This document shows positions 12,855 through 25,595 of a DNA stretch of 64,000 nt, piece after piece. Under the pieces are notes generated by a model that was not told the DNA's origin, ran no database searches, and saw only the letters and a list, made by a program, of their open reading frames with translations. The stretch comes from Octopus vulgaris (Eukaryota): assembly GCA_951406725.2 (NCBI GenBank), contig OX597817.1, positions 108,562,001 through 108,626,000 on the forward strand. The letters run 5' to 3'. Positions within the stretch are counted from its first letter, which is position 1. The number at the start of each line of letters is the position of its first letter. The translations under genes were made by a program, and so were the position numbers.

Positions 12855-13063
12855 ACAATTATAAATAAGGACAAAAAGAAAAAAATTCTTTGCCAATATA
12901 CTGAAAAATAGATGCTAAAATCGTCTAACCACATAATATATTTTCAGTTATATTATGTAATAATATCAGTGAAAATATTTTATGTGGTTATACGATTTTA
13001 GCGTCTATTTTTCAGTATAGTAGTAAAGAATTTTTTTTCTTTGTGTCCCTCATTTATAATTGT
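12855..13063. repeat. Fold-back inverted repeat, ~100-bp arms, almost no spacer
   Basis: ctgaaaaatagatgctaaaatcgtctaaccacataa versus ttatgtggttatacgattttagcgtctatttttcag; centre near 12958. Confidence 0.85.
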
Positions 13064-13133
13064 ATTTATAATCTTCATTCCAAAAGGTATTTTTCATATG
13101 CTGGTCACTGGTGAAATTTTTGAATAAAATTTT

Positions 13134-13228
<95 letters not shown>

Positions 13229-13329
13229 GTATGTATATATGTATATAAATATATATTTATGTATTTATATATATTAATATATATATTAATAAATGTATAT
13301 ATATATATATATATATATTAATATGGATA

Positions 13330-13365
<36 letters not shown>

Positions 13366-14454
13366 TAACAAGCATGTACAAGTATCAATTGACTCCTTTA
13401 TTTGATTAATAAAAACCTTACATCACTGCTAAAGAAACCGTGTTCGACAGATGACTGCATAGACTTTAAACGCAAAGAACAAACTAACTCATTTAGCATA
13501 TTCACAACACCAATGGTGCTCAAATCATGTACATTGACCTTGCTGTTATTTCTTTGACGGAATTAGTTTAGAAAATAGTATAACGTTGAATCTACCTGAA
13601 TTTAAGGTTAGTAGAGGTTATAGTGGAGGGAGGGATAATTGAGAGCCTACACTTCGAAGACAATAGGGGGAATTCAGTCATCGGTCATCCAAAATTAAAT
13701 CTTTTACGTGGCTGTATTTTCGAGACAAAGGTGATTAATTAGTACCATGACAGTCTACCTTATATCCGGTTTTGTCTACACCAAAGTGTAAGACTTGGGG
13801 AGCTAAAAAAGGGAATGCCTGATGGGGAAGGGCTGATAATTAAAGGAAAGAATGTTAGGAAGAGCTGACAATACTTAGTTTGATTGTCATTTTAAAGGGA
13901 AGGTAATGAACGACTAAAGGAATAAAGTATTAGAAATTAGGATGGAAGAGAAGTTCAGAGAATAAGAGAAAGGGTACATTGTAACTTCGCATATTTATAA
14001 AGCAAAATATAATTAAATATATAGATGAAGGCTAGAACTTACACTTAAAATTTTAATAAGAGGATACTTTAAGATATAAGAGAAATATTAAGACTTTTCA
14101 TAAATGTAGTGTATAGAATATTCTGGTAAAATATATGATGAATGTATAACGCAATTGTTTATAAAACATTAAACTGATATTAATACCTTTCCCGTCAAAA
14201 ATGGGTGTGTAAACATAGGATATAGTAAGAAATGAGATCTAATGCAAGGGTGATTAAATTAGAGATATAAATATATAAAGGAGTGCATTCAGATACAATA
14301 TTTAAAGAAATTTAGTCCTATAGTCACATAATGAATATAAGGTATAATAAAAAAAATCAAAAAATATAATAATAATATAAGATTACAGAAAATAGTGAAT
14401 ATTATGACAAAAGAATAAAATGTCATAAATTTACAAGCTATAATTATTATTATA

Positions 14455-14725
14455 GAGGTGTGACACTCAGAATCTCAAGATCGTGGTTTCGATTCTCAGA
14501 TTGGCAATGTGTTGTGTTTGTAAACAAGACACTTCTTTTCACTTTGTTCCAGTCGATTCAGCTGTAAATGACTTTCCCTGTGACGGACTGGTGTTCCATT
14601 CTGGGGGAATTGTTAGCTTCCCCACCTATCCAGGTGGGTGGCATCATCTGAAACCTATAACACATACAAGGAAGCATATTGTGACTAGTGATGCATAACA
14701 ACATGCGATAACCTGGTCAACACAG
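14455..14725 (+). mobile_element. Degenerate tRNA/CORE-like SINE
   Basis: B box gtttcgattctc, core caagacacttcttttcactttgttccagtcgattcagctgtaaatga, tail shared with 1886-2153. Confidence 0.65.
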
Positions 14726-14735
14726 TAATAAATGC

Positions 14736-14766
<31 letters not shown>

Positions 14767-14797
14767 TGTATGTATGTATGTATGTATGTATGTATAT

Positions 14798-16546
14798 ATG
14801 ATGTCTGCTGTAGGAAAGGTTTTATGCAGGATACTTCTGGATCGTCTGCTGAAATACATTGCAGATTGTGTTCTTCCAGAAAGTCAATCTGGCTTTCGTG
14901 TGGGACGCGGCACTGCTGATATGATCTTTTCAGCTAGACAGCTTCAGGAAAAGTGTGTGGAACAGGGTCTAGATTTATATCAGGTGTTTGTCGATCTGAC
15001 AAAAGCCTTTGATACCGTCAATAGAAAAGCATTGTGGAAAGTCCTCCAGAAACTTGGGTGTCCTGAAAAGTTCCCTGCTTTGGTTAGGTCTTTTCACGAA
15101 GACATGAATAGTAGGGTGAATGTTAGAGGGAAGATGTCGGAGCCCATTTCAATACAAAATGGAGTGAAACAGGGGGATATTCTGGCACCGACCCTATTTT
15201 CCATATATTTCGCGATGGTGCTCTGTATTGCATTCAGAAACTGCAGATACGGTGTTTACGTCCATTATCGAACCTCTGGCAGCATATTTAATATCAGGCG
15301 CCTTGCTGCAAAAACAATGATATTTACCTCTGTCATAAGAGACCTTTTGTATGCTGATGATTGTGAGCTAGTAGCACACACAGAGATTGATATGCAACAC
15401 ATTTTAAATGCATTCTCTGATGCTTGCACTGCCTTAGGATTGACAATCAATCTCAAGAAAACTGTTGTCATGCATCAACCTGCCCCTGGTAAGCAGTATA
15501 GTGTACCAAATATATATGTGAATGGTAAACGACTTGATGTAGTCGATCAGTTTGTCTACCTGGGAAGCACTATTAATAGATATGGCAATGTGGATGATGA
15601 AGTTCCATATAGAATTAGGAAAGCAAGTGTTGCTTTCGGAAGGCTAGAAAAGCGCCTCTGGAGTCGGCGCGACATATGCAGAAAGACAAAGATAAAGGTG
15701 TACAAGGCATATGTGCTCCCTACTCTTCTCTATGCTTGCGAGACGTGGGTCACATATCAATACCACCTTAAACATCTGGAACGTTTACATCAGATGTGCC
15801 TCAGACGGATCTTTAGCATTAAGTGGAAGGACCGCATCAATGATCTTGAAATACTCGAAGGCTCTCGGTGTGTAAGTATAGAAGCTCTTGTGTTAAAGCA
15901 AAGGCTCAGATGGAATGATCGTCTGGTCAGAATGAAGGATTCAAGGATGCCAAAACAACTCTTTTATGGAGAGTTAGCTAAAGGAGAACGACCTCCACAT
16001 AAACCAAAAAAGAGGTATAAGGACTTGCTGAAGGCTTCCTTAAGAGATGCTTGCATCTCTCCTGACACATGGGAAGGCATAGCTATTGATCGTAGCAGGT
16101 GGAGAAGGATTGTGCATGAGGGGACAGCCACATTTGAGAAATATCGAGTTGCACATGAGAAAGTAAGGAGGGATGTCAGGAAGGGCATCGCTGTTACACT
16201 TCCAGAAGGGAAGTGTCTTCCTTTGATTCTGACATGTAATGTCTGTGCAAGACCCTGCCTCAGTAAAGCTGGACTCATGAGTCATCTTCGTAGTCATAAA
16301 ACGAGACAGATGAGTGACAATCTGGCCACTGGTGGTGGTGTAACACACCATACTAATCATATCTGTCGGGCATGTGGAAGAGAGTGTAATTCGGCAGGAG
16401 GACTTAAACGACATGCAAAGGTACATGAAGCCCAGTTACAACTACAGCCGGCTATTACCAGTAAAGGTCTTAGTTGCCAATTTTGTACAAGACATTGTAG
16501 GTCTTCAGCTGGGCTAAAAAGTCACATTCGATCACAGCACCAGTAA
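14798..16546 (+). CDS. RTE reverse transcriptase ORF (no APE endonuclease) with three C-terminal C2H2 zinc fingers
   Basis: Uninterrupted frame of ~582 codons; fingers CNVC...HLRSH, CRAC...HAKVH, CQFC...HIRSQH. The part of the track ORF from 14732 to 14797 is microsatellite. Confidence 0.9.
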   Translation: MMSAVGKVLCRILLDRLLKYIADCVLPESQSGFRVGRGTADMIFSARQLQEKCVEQGLDLYQVFVDLTKAFDTVNRKALWKVLQKLGCPEKFPALVRSFHEDMNSRVNVRGKMSEPISIQNGVKQGDILAPTLFSIYFAMVLCIAFRNCRYGVYVHYRTSGSIFNIRRLAAKTMIFTSVIRDLLYADDCELVAHTEIDMQHILNAFSDACTALGLTINLKKTVVMHQPAPGKQYSVPNIYVNGKRLDVVDQFVYLGSTINRYGNVDDEVPYRIRKASVAFGRLEKRLWSRRDICRKTKIKVYKAYVLPTLLYACETWVTYQYHLKHLERLHQMCLRRIFSIKWKDRINDLEILEGSRCVSIEALVLKQRLRWNDRLVRMKDSRMPKQLFYGELAKGERPPHKPKKRYKDLLKASLRDACISPDTWEGIAIDRSRWRRIVHEGTATFEKYRVAHEKVRRDVRKGIAVTLPEGKCLPLILTCNVCARPCLSKAGLMSHLRSHKTRQMSDNLATGGGVTHHTNHICRACGRECNSAGGLKRHAKVHEAQLQLQPAITSKGLSCQFCTRHCRSSAGLKSHIRSQHQ

Positions 16547-16594
16547 CAGTTAAGCTTCGTGCAATGGCCATACTCGATAACGAGGGGGCAGCCA
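14798..16594 (+). mobile_element. 5'-truncated RTE-clade LINE inserted in (ATGT)n
   Basis: RT motifs PESQSGFR, FVDLTKAFDTV, GVKQGDILAPTLF, LLYADD, FVYLGS; short 3' UTR with ctcgataacgag hairpin; (ATGT)n on both flanks. Confidence 0.95.
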
Positions 16595-16647
16595 TAATGT
16601 ATGTATGTATGTAAGTATGTATGTATGTATGTATGTATGTATGTATG

Positions 16648-16702
<55 letters not shown>

Positions 16703-16735
16703 TTAATAAAATAGAAGATGGAATGTGTAATAGCC

Positions 16736-17203
16736 TTTATTGGGTGCAACACATATTTTGACCTATTCTGGGTCTCTTGAGGTACATCAATAAAAAGGCT
16801 CACTAGAGATTTCTTGAGTCGGTTTACGTACCGGTCTATGTCCATCAAATTCGAGAATGTATATATATATATCTTTGTATATGTATATATGTGTCTAAGC
16901 ACGAACACCAAAATAGATTCGTTCAAGTAATATCTTCCTTTCAACTTCTACTTCCCTTTCTTTCTCTGAACAGTTACAACAGCGAAAGCTGATTACGTCA
17001 TTTTCTCTAAACAAGAATGTATACTTTCCACGTTCATATTTGAATTTTTTGCGTTTCAAAATTTTTTCTCTGATTTTACTCATTCTCGAATCTGATGGAC
17101 ATATAGCGTACGTAACCCGACTCAAGAAATCTCGAGGGAGACATTTTATTGATGTCTCTGAAGAGACATAGACCGAGTCGAAAAATGCGTTGCACCCAAT
17201 AAA
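16736..17203. mobile_element. Inverted pair (~124 bp) of Penelope-like terminal repeats, each with a hammerhead-like core
   Basis: 16736-16859 is the reverse complement of 17081-17203; the right copy has CTGAAGA (17158)-gac...gtc-GAAA (17180). Confidence 0.75.
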
Positions 17204-17382
17204 GTCTCTTACACATTTCAAGTCCTGTTTTAATAATACTGCTACCCCAAACCCCACAACAAAGTTCATGCAGTAAATCTATGGATAACAACAGGTGATC
17301 GAAACTGTGCTGGTGCTTTACTCATCATCCATTTATACATTTTGTACAATTTCTCTATTATAAAAATAATTATAATAATATG

Positions 17383-17439
<57 letters not shown>

Positions 17440-17603
17440 TTATAAGTATAAATTAATAATTTAAAAAAAAATTTAAATTTAAATAATTCATATTTTGAAT
17501 TTTATATTTTATATATTTTGTATATTATATTAATTAATTTTATTTCTATGTTTTGGTTTATGTTTTTCCCTGTTTGATTTGCCTAATAGTGGTTTTATCT
17601 CTA

Positions 17604-17642
<39 letters not shown>

Positions 17643-17714
17643 CATATATATATATATATATATACATACATATATACATAATACATACATATATATATGT
17701 ATATGTAATATGTA

Positions 17715-17780
<66 letters not shown>

Positions 17781-17794
17781 TGTGTGTACGCATA

Positions 17795-17990
17795 TATTTG
17801 TGTGTCTGTGTTTGTGCCACCACCATCGCTTGACAACCTATGTTGGTGTGTTTAAAATCCCGAAACATAGCGGTTCTGCAAAAGTCTCTGATGGAATAAG
17901 TACTGCGCTTACAAAGAATAAGTCCTGGGGGTCCATTTGTTCGACTAAAAGCGTTGCTCCAGCACGACTGAAACACGTAAAAGAGTAAAA
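17795..17990 (+). mobile_element. SINE family A 3' half
   Basis: ccaccatcgcttgacaacc...cttacaaagaataagtcctgggg...cgactaaaagcgttgctccagca. Confidence 0.75.
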
Positions 17991-18290
17991 TAATATATAA
18001 ACGGGTATCAATTCAAATGAAATGGATTTGAGACAAGATTTGTTCTTAACAAAGCGGTTATAAGAAACACTCTCATAAATCCGAAACACTGAGTGATTGC
18101 TGCAAAAGAAGCATCTTATAGGAAGCAGCCAAATATATACTTGGTTCTACTAGTCTTTGTTCATATACACATATGTGTGCGTGCGTGTATTATGTATCTA
18201 TCTAACTACCTCTCCCCCTGTCTCTCTGTCTGTCAGTCTCTATCTCTCTGTGTCTCTCTCTGTATATATATATATGTATGTATATATCTA

Positions 18291-18375
<85 letters not shown>

Positions 18376-18468
18376 ATATGTATGTATGTATGTATATATG
18401 TATGCATGTAAGTATGTATGTATGTATGTATGTATGTATGTATGTATGTATGTATGTGTGTCTATGTC

Positions 18469-19014
18469 AGGTCACTTTCGAGTGCTACTGGTAACATTTA
18501 ACCCAGTACAACCTGTTGCATGGTCGGGCCGTCGGCGATTAAACCGGCAACCCCACCAAGCTTGCTTGGTGAAGAGGGTGTTTATTAGACACCCTGTGAG
18601 ATGAAAAACAAAACCCGTCAAAGGGCGGAGGAACTCTTGAGAGTTAACGGCCATCCAATAAATGTCTTAAGGCTGTATCATGCACGGGGACATGGAAATA
18701 ATCGGACTGAAATAATCGCGCGGTTAAACCATTGGGAGTGAAGGACTCCTAGCGTTTGTTAGAGCATCTTTCTAGGAGAAGGTAACTCAGGTAACTAGGA
18801 TAACTCCGACATAAAACCTGCGGCTCAGTGGTTACCGATGATGTTGACTTGTTCTTGTTTTCGGATTATGGCTGCTGTTGCTTAGTGTGTGTGATTGACT
18901 CAGTGCACAGCCTTTCCTCACTTAAAAAAAATATTCTTGCACAGGCATTGTACGATAACAACATTGATTAAGCTTCGTTAAACGGCCATACTCGATAATG
19001 AGGGAGCAGCCACC
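18469..19014 (+). mobile_element. Non-autonomous RTE-related element (structured 5' region + RTE 3' tail)
   Basis: 18968-19012 closely matches the RTE tail at 16550-16593; no long ORF; flanked by ATGT/GT microsatellite. Confidence 0.7.
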
Positions 19015-19031
19015 ATGTATGTGTGTGTGTA

Positions 19032-19089
<58 letters not shown>

Positions 19090-19099
19090 TGTGTGTGTA

Positions 19100-20322
19100 T
19101 TAGGTCGTTCCGAAAATAGTGGTTGCTCTAAGTGTTGTGTTTTGAAAAGCAATTTTATCAGTATTTTAATTATATTATACTTAATAAGTGATGTATACTC
19201 TTTAATAATTTTCTACTTATTTCATATAGAAAACATTTTTGAAGCATAGGCGCCCCTAATTATGAACATAAAAAAACAGCACCTTCGTTTACTTTTCTTG
19301 CATGAGTTCAAGCTTGGGCAAAATGCTGCCAATATCAACAGAACATAGGGAGAAGGGTCTACAAGTGATCGCACTGTATGCAAAATTGGTTTCAGAAATT
19401 CCGTAGTGGTGATAAGAGCCTTGAAGATGAAGAAGGCAGAGGACGGTCATGCAGTCTTGGCAATGAACAATTGAAAGCAATTTTTGAACAAAACCCACTT
19501 CAAAATATCAGAGCAGTGTCTCAGGCACCTGGTGTCGGTATTGCAACGTCTCACACAATCTGCAGAAGAATGGTAAATTGAAAAAGCTCGATAAATGGGT
19601 ACTGCATGGGCTCAATAAAAATCAAAATGTTCGGCATTTTGAAGTATACTCGATGCTCTTTCTGCGAATCACCAATGATCCTTTTCTTGACTGAATATTC
19701 CCTTGTGACGAAAAGTGGGTCCTTTATGATAACTAAACGATCAGATCAATAGCTTGATTGTGATGAGTCCCCAAATATTTCCCAAAGCTAAAGTTGCATC
19801 AGCAAAAGATTATGGTGACTCTCTGGTGGTCTGCAATTGGTGTTGTTCATTACAGCTTTCTGGGAGCCAATCAGAGCATTACAGCAGTGGTTTACTGCAA
19901 TCAACTCGCTGAAATGCATGCTCACTTGCAAAAAATGAGAACTGCATTGGTGAATCGGCGTGGCCCAATTCTGCCTCACGATAATGCAAAACCACATGTT
20001 GCGGGAATGACGCCGCAGAAACTCACATACTTGGGATACAAGACTTTACCACATCCTCCATATTCTCCAGCTCTTTCACCCACTGACTACGATTTTTAAA
20101 GCATTTTAAACATGTTTTTAAGTGATTCAACTTGCAGGTCCAAACCAGAGGGGTAATCAGCTTCCAAAGATTTCTTAGAATCAAAACCAATAAGTTTTTA
20201 AGAACTTGCATAATCTCGTTGATCGATGGCTGAGATGCATAGATGTTCACGGCTCATAGTTGACTAATGAAACATTTCTATTGTTAATTTTTCTGAAATC
20301 GGCCATTATTTTCGGAACAAAA
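19100..20322 (+). mobile_element. Near full-length mariner DNA transposon, transposase disrupted
   Basis: TIRs gttccgaaaatagtggt / gccattattttcggaac; motifs WFQKFRSG, KWVLHGL (WVPHEL-like), DEKWVLYDN, HDNAKPH, PPYSPALSPTDY; stops and frameshifts; ~1.2 kb. Confidence 0.92.
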
Positions 20323-20537
20323 TATGTAAACTGTAGGTTAGTTCAAATACGTTTGTTACATATCAACGTCTAAAACCCGTTTCACTACAGATCACCGTGG
20401 AAACAGAAAAACATTCCTCGTTTGAATCAGTCACTAGCATTGACTGATTCGTGATAAAGCAACGGCTTTCTGTAAGATCAGGGTTAACCTTCTTTGGTAT
20501 TCTCTGCAAAGGATGGAATAACGAGCCAGAAATTCAC

Positions 20538-20600
20538 CTAAGGAAGTCAATATTGCATTTACATCTTTTTCCATTAGCAAGAATTTTTCTCCATGGTAAA
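20538..20600 (-). other. Candidate 63-nt symmetric exon (xYHGEKFLLMEKDVNAILTSL)
   Basis: actgcag| acceptor and G|gtgaat donor on the minus strand, phase 1-1, open frame; protein not recognised. Confidence 0.25.
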
Positions 20601-20961
20601 CTGCAGTAATATTAACTTGAGAAGTTAAAATATGTCATAACTTTATTTGAATTAGGCTAAAGTTTGTTTATTTCCTATCACCGCTTCCGCTTCGGGTTAC
20701 AACTAATGTTGGTGGGGCTTTATCTCCCCGCTAGAGATACAGATAAGCATGCAATTTGCATCAAAAGCCTATATCAGAGTTTATCTCATGGTATCGACCG
20801 CAGTAATATTTGTTCTATCAGACCATCCACGTTTAAGTGGGAATAACTATTATCTCACGATATACATACATGCGCGCGCGCACACATATATATACATAGC
20901 GAGAGAGATGGGGAGAGAGATAATTAAGACCTATACATAAACGTGTATATATATATATATA

Positions 20962-21010
<49 letters not shown>

Positions 21011-23059
21011 TCACACATACGTACATATATGTTTGTGCGTGTGTATACAAGTAAACATATACCCCTAACAGTGTTGTCAGTTTAATTGTTAACACTTCCA
21101 ATATTTCGCACTTCAGACTGTACTCTGTATGAATAAAATATCTCTTTGATACAAGGACACTCTTTGTTGAGAAGGATCACTAGCGTGTAAACCAACACTT
21201 AGTATCAGCATCGAAAGAACGAAATGCTTTGTGAGATTCGATGTAATTTGACATCTGAAAGTAGATTTCGTAACTAAATCATATAAAGTCTTAATTCTGG
21301 TATTTCACTGTTTCTGTCGCTAATAAATATATGCAGCCAGCAAATTCCACTTCATTCTTAATAATTTTAGGATTTTAGAAAGCTATTTTCAATCCAAGGA
21401 CGGTATATTAGAGGAACGAGTATAGCCTATTAGATGAAGTACCAGTCAAAAGTTACTAACCTCATCAAAAGCTCAATTATGTCCTGCAACAGAATAATTC
21501 TCTTACACCTGATACAGAGTAACTACTCGTACAGACATCACAGAAATGCCAACTGGTTGTTGTGAAATTGTTCACCAACACACGGCTAACTCTTTGCTAG
21601 AATTCATAATGTGCCTTCGTTCTTTTTCATTCATCGTTAGTACAGGCCAGTGTTCCTCGGTGCTGGTTAATCTGGTGTCATTTCCACTCGCGTTTTTTAC
21701 TTTCTTTTGCTTTCTGTATAGTGTACCTCACCTAACCTAAATTTTGCATTATTTGTCCATTTCTTCCAATTTTGCAAGTTATTCAAAAGAAACATCATCA
21801 CATCGTCTCAATCAAATTGACTTGGCAAAAGCTGTTATCACTGCTTCTTCTTCCAGACCAAAAAATAACAACTTCTAAAAGAATTGTCACGATATAATTA
21901 AGTTAGCTGTCTACCAAATTTCAGTCTTTGTGCCTATGGTAGTGATTAATATTCATCCAGCACAAGCGCTTTGTATTTGAGTGACAGACAAAATGCCTTA
22001 CGGTATTTGTGCCTTTTAGTTTTATTTTCTAGAATTTCACTAAGCTCAGCTATGCTTTTCTTGGAGCGATAAAATGAACTCCAGTAAGAAAAATAAGTCC
22101 AAGGATCGATGACTATTTATCCAATCCATTTTAAAACTGTTTTCTTTGCCACTTTCAGTCTAATTGTATTACAGACCTACTGAGAGCTTGCGGTTTCTAC
22201 AGCAGCGACTTGCCTGAATCGTCACTAGTGGAGGAATTATGGAAGACTTCTCCAGTTTCTCCATTGTTCGGATTGATTTCGCTTGTAATATTTTTATCGA
22301 AACAAATCATATCTCCCTCTGCCGTCAGGTGGTTATGGAAGGTAATTCTAATACCCCGAGTCTATCCTCATATTAGATTATCTTATTTTCGTAATTAAGC
22401 TATTATTTGATAAATTATCTATTTCCACGAATATTTCCTCTTGTCTCAATATTGTTATGAATCTTGACACATGTTACAGACAGACATATGATAAAGTCAA
22501 CTTTAATTTTAAAGTTTGATCTATAGCTCATTATTGTATTGATATTACAACGGAAATTAACTTTTCTTAGTGATAGAATAAAAAATAAAACTTGGAAAAA
22601 AAGAAACAAGAAAAAATACAGCTTTCGAACTCATATTTTTCTGAAAAGAATTGTGAATTTCAGTTATTTCAATCTTGAAATCATTATTCGATATTATTTG
22701 ATATAATTTTTAAAACATTTGATTGAGAAGAACCACCCTTTTAGTTTTCTTTTATTAATATTTCATGAAGAACAATCTTCTTGGGTCATTCTATCTGCCA
22801 TAAAAGTCACACACACATACATAAAAGCATTTAATTTGCATCCTAAAAGAAGAAAAAAATATTGATAGAAGAAAATTATCAGCAACTACATTCATGAAAA
22901 GTATTCGCTTTTGTCATATATGTTTGTCTAAATTATATATGCCAAACTCACCTTAAGAATACATATACCAACATAGTTTCAGTTGAACTCAACTATGGGC
23001 CCACTGAATATTATAGAAGAAACATATGTAAGATAATGAAGTTCATAAGATAATCATTT

Positions 23060-23192
23060 ATTTTCAAATTCCGCCGAAGTCGACTTTGCCTTTCATCCTT
23101 TTGGGGTCGATAAATTAACTACCAGTTGCGTACTGGGGTCGATTTAATCGACTCCCGCAAAATTTCGGGCCTTGTGCCTAGAGTAGAAAAGA
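23060..23192 (+). mobile_element. SINE family B fragment
   Basis: ttcaaattccgccgaagtcgactttgcctttcatcc...ggccttgtgcctagagtagaaaag. Confidence 0.8.
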
Positions 23193-23234
23193 AAATAATA
23201 ATTTATTCCTTTGTCATTTCTTTTTCTTATTTCT

Positions 23235-23297
<63 letters not shown>

Positions 23298-23305
23298 ATT
23301 ATGTG

Positions 23306-23550
23306 GAGGCGCGTGTCTTAGTGGTTAGGGTGTAAGCACCATGATCGTAAGATAGTGATTTCGATTCCTGGACCGGGCGAGGCGTTTTGTTCTTGAGCAA
23401 AACACTTCATTTCATGTTGCTCCAGTCCACTCAGCTGGCAAAAATGAGTAACGCTGCGACGGACTGGCGTCCCGTCCAGCTGCGGACACATACGCCATAG
23501 AAACCGGGAAACCGGGACCATGAACCTGACTAGGCTTTAAAAGGGTGCTT
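23306..23550 (+). mobile_element. tRNA/CORE-like SINE
   Basis: A box tagtggttaggg, B box tttcgattcc, core ttgagcaaaacacttcatttcatgttgctccagtccactcagctggcaaaaatgagta. Confidence 0.8.
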
Positions 23551-24379
23551 TTATTATTATATTATATGAAAATTATACTTACACGAACACGCACGTACAT
23601 ATATACATACTTACATATAATACACACATATATGTACATACATACATATAAGTACACACTCACACACAGAAAGAGTGAAATATGACTTCATATAACTCTG
23701 GTCTGTCGTAGACGTTGAACTCAGCACTGCGAGCCATGTTATGGCTCCTTAATTTCACAAGTGCTTCAGCTGAAACCAGAGGTAAACTATATCTCCAATG
23801 AACGAAACTCAGAATTGCTGTTTCTGAAATGGTCTTCTCACACTCGTATATTTCAAAAAAGTTTTTCAGTAGACTTCAGCTCACTGAACATCAATCGCAT
23901 CAATTTTATTAGTCAGGTGGGGAATCGAAAGACCATGGGAAATTCCTTTCTTTTTATTATTCATTCGTATGGAACTCGTTCTTTTTCAAAACTTCTTAAA
24001 TCTATTTGATTTACACATCATAAATTTCACAAAATAACTGTAAAGGAGGCAACGTAAATATCTTGATCCTGAAGTTAGTTACAGCGAGCTATGAACTGTG
24101 TAAACTTTATCAAAGAAAATCTGGATCAATTATTACAGAGCTTCTACATGCTTGGTCGAAAGATAATAGCCAAGTCTCTCTCAACTTACCGTCTTGCAAA
24201 TTACCGGCCCACTCCTTACAAAAAACTTGGTGAGTACAGTGCTAGTTAAACTACACTTGAAAATAAAACAACAAAAAAGAGAAGACAACAACTGAATCTT
24301 TTGACTATTTGTTTACTCCATGAGGAATACTAAAGAAGAAAAGTCATCGTCTTATCATCGCCCTCCCATCGTTATTAAT

Positions 24380-24430
24380 TTCTTCTTCTTCGTTATCTTC
24401 TTCTACTTCTTCGTTCTCTTCTTCTACTTC

Positions 24431-24462
<32 letters not shown>

Positions 24463-24520
24463 CTTCTTCTTCTTCTTCTTCTTCTTCTTCTTCTTCTTCT
24501 TCTTCTTCTTTTTCTTCTTC

Positions 24521-24576
<56 letters not shown>

Positions 24577-24618
24577 GAAGAAGAAGAAGAAGAAAAAGAA
24601 GAAGAACAACAACAACGA
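24380..24618. repeat. Compound trinucleotide tract (TTC)n(ATC)n(GAA)n(CAA)n
   Basis: Read directly from the sequence. Confidence 0.95.
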
Positions 24619-25562
24619 CTACACAACTGAAGTAATTTCCCTGTTTTCAGGACAAAACACAGTGTAGTGGTTTTTCTTTTGCCATCTGTAGACCCACAGG
24701 TAGAACCACAGAACTGCAAGAGCTAACTTAGAATTCGTTAATTATGTCCGAACATTTGAAGTGAACAAATTCCTTGTGAAGAGAAGAAAATACTGACGAT
24801 GAGTGAAGGGATTGATAAACTCTTCTCTTCATATATATTCCGTAACGTCAAGATTCGTTTCTTCTCACGGCATCCGAACTTCAACTATTAGTGAGAGTAG
24901 GATACCTGTATCTAATATCTGATATTTTCATGACACAACAGAGAATTAAGACTCCTGTAACTAATGTCACCTATTGACACTTTGATATACTTTAAAAATT
25001 TTCATTTGTGTCTAGTTACATTTATCTCCGATTAAATTCTAACTCCATTACAGCAAATTACAATTCGGACTAATGCTACTGATTTTCCAATTTGCCGTCA
25101 CCTAATAGCTGAGACAAGCTTATCAAGAGAATAATTCTGTTCTCCTTACACACTGACACCAGCTTTCATTACCAAACTATAAAACTATAAATTAACAAGA
25201 TGGCGTATTGGCAAAATCGTTAGAGTGTCGGATAATGTAGAGTGTCTCAGCAATGTCGGTTCAAATTCAATCGAAGTCAGCTACACACGTCATTCTTTCA
25301 GGGTCGATAAGTAAGAGATTGACTGTTGTGCAGTATGGTTTTTTTCCCCAGCACTGAGGGTAACGTGTTTTGAAGTTGTTTATAATTTTATACCGGAACC
25401 ATTCCATGCCGCGAACGTTCATATGGCTTGAGATTGTCAGACCATTGTTCCTGTACAGGATCGAGGTGTAAGGAGGTACAAGTATGCATGCCTACATAAT
25501 ACCTAAATACATACGTATGCAAAAAAAAATATATTTACATGTATATACATACATACATAAAT

Positions 25563-25595
<33 letters not shown>

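Noticed and set aside
18469-18600. HDV-like or twister ribozyme assignment
   Set aside because: I could not build the nested pseudoknot or the twister consensus by eye; kept only as an unassigned structured region.
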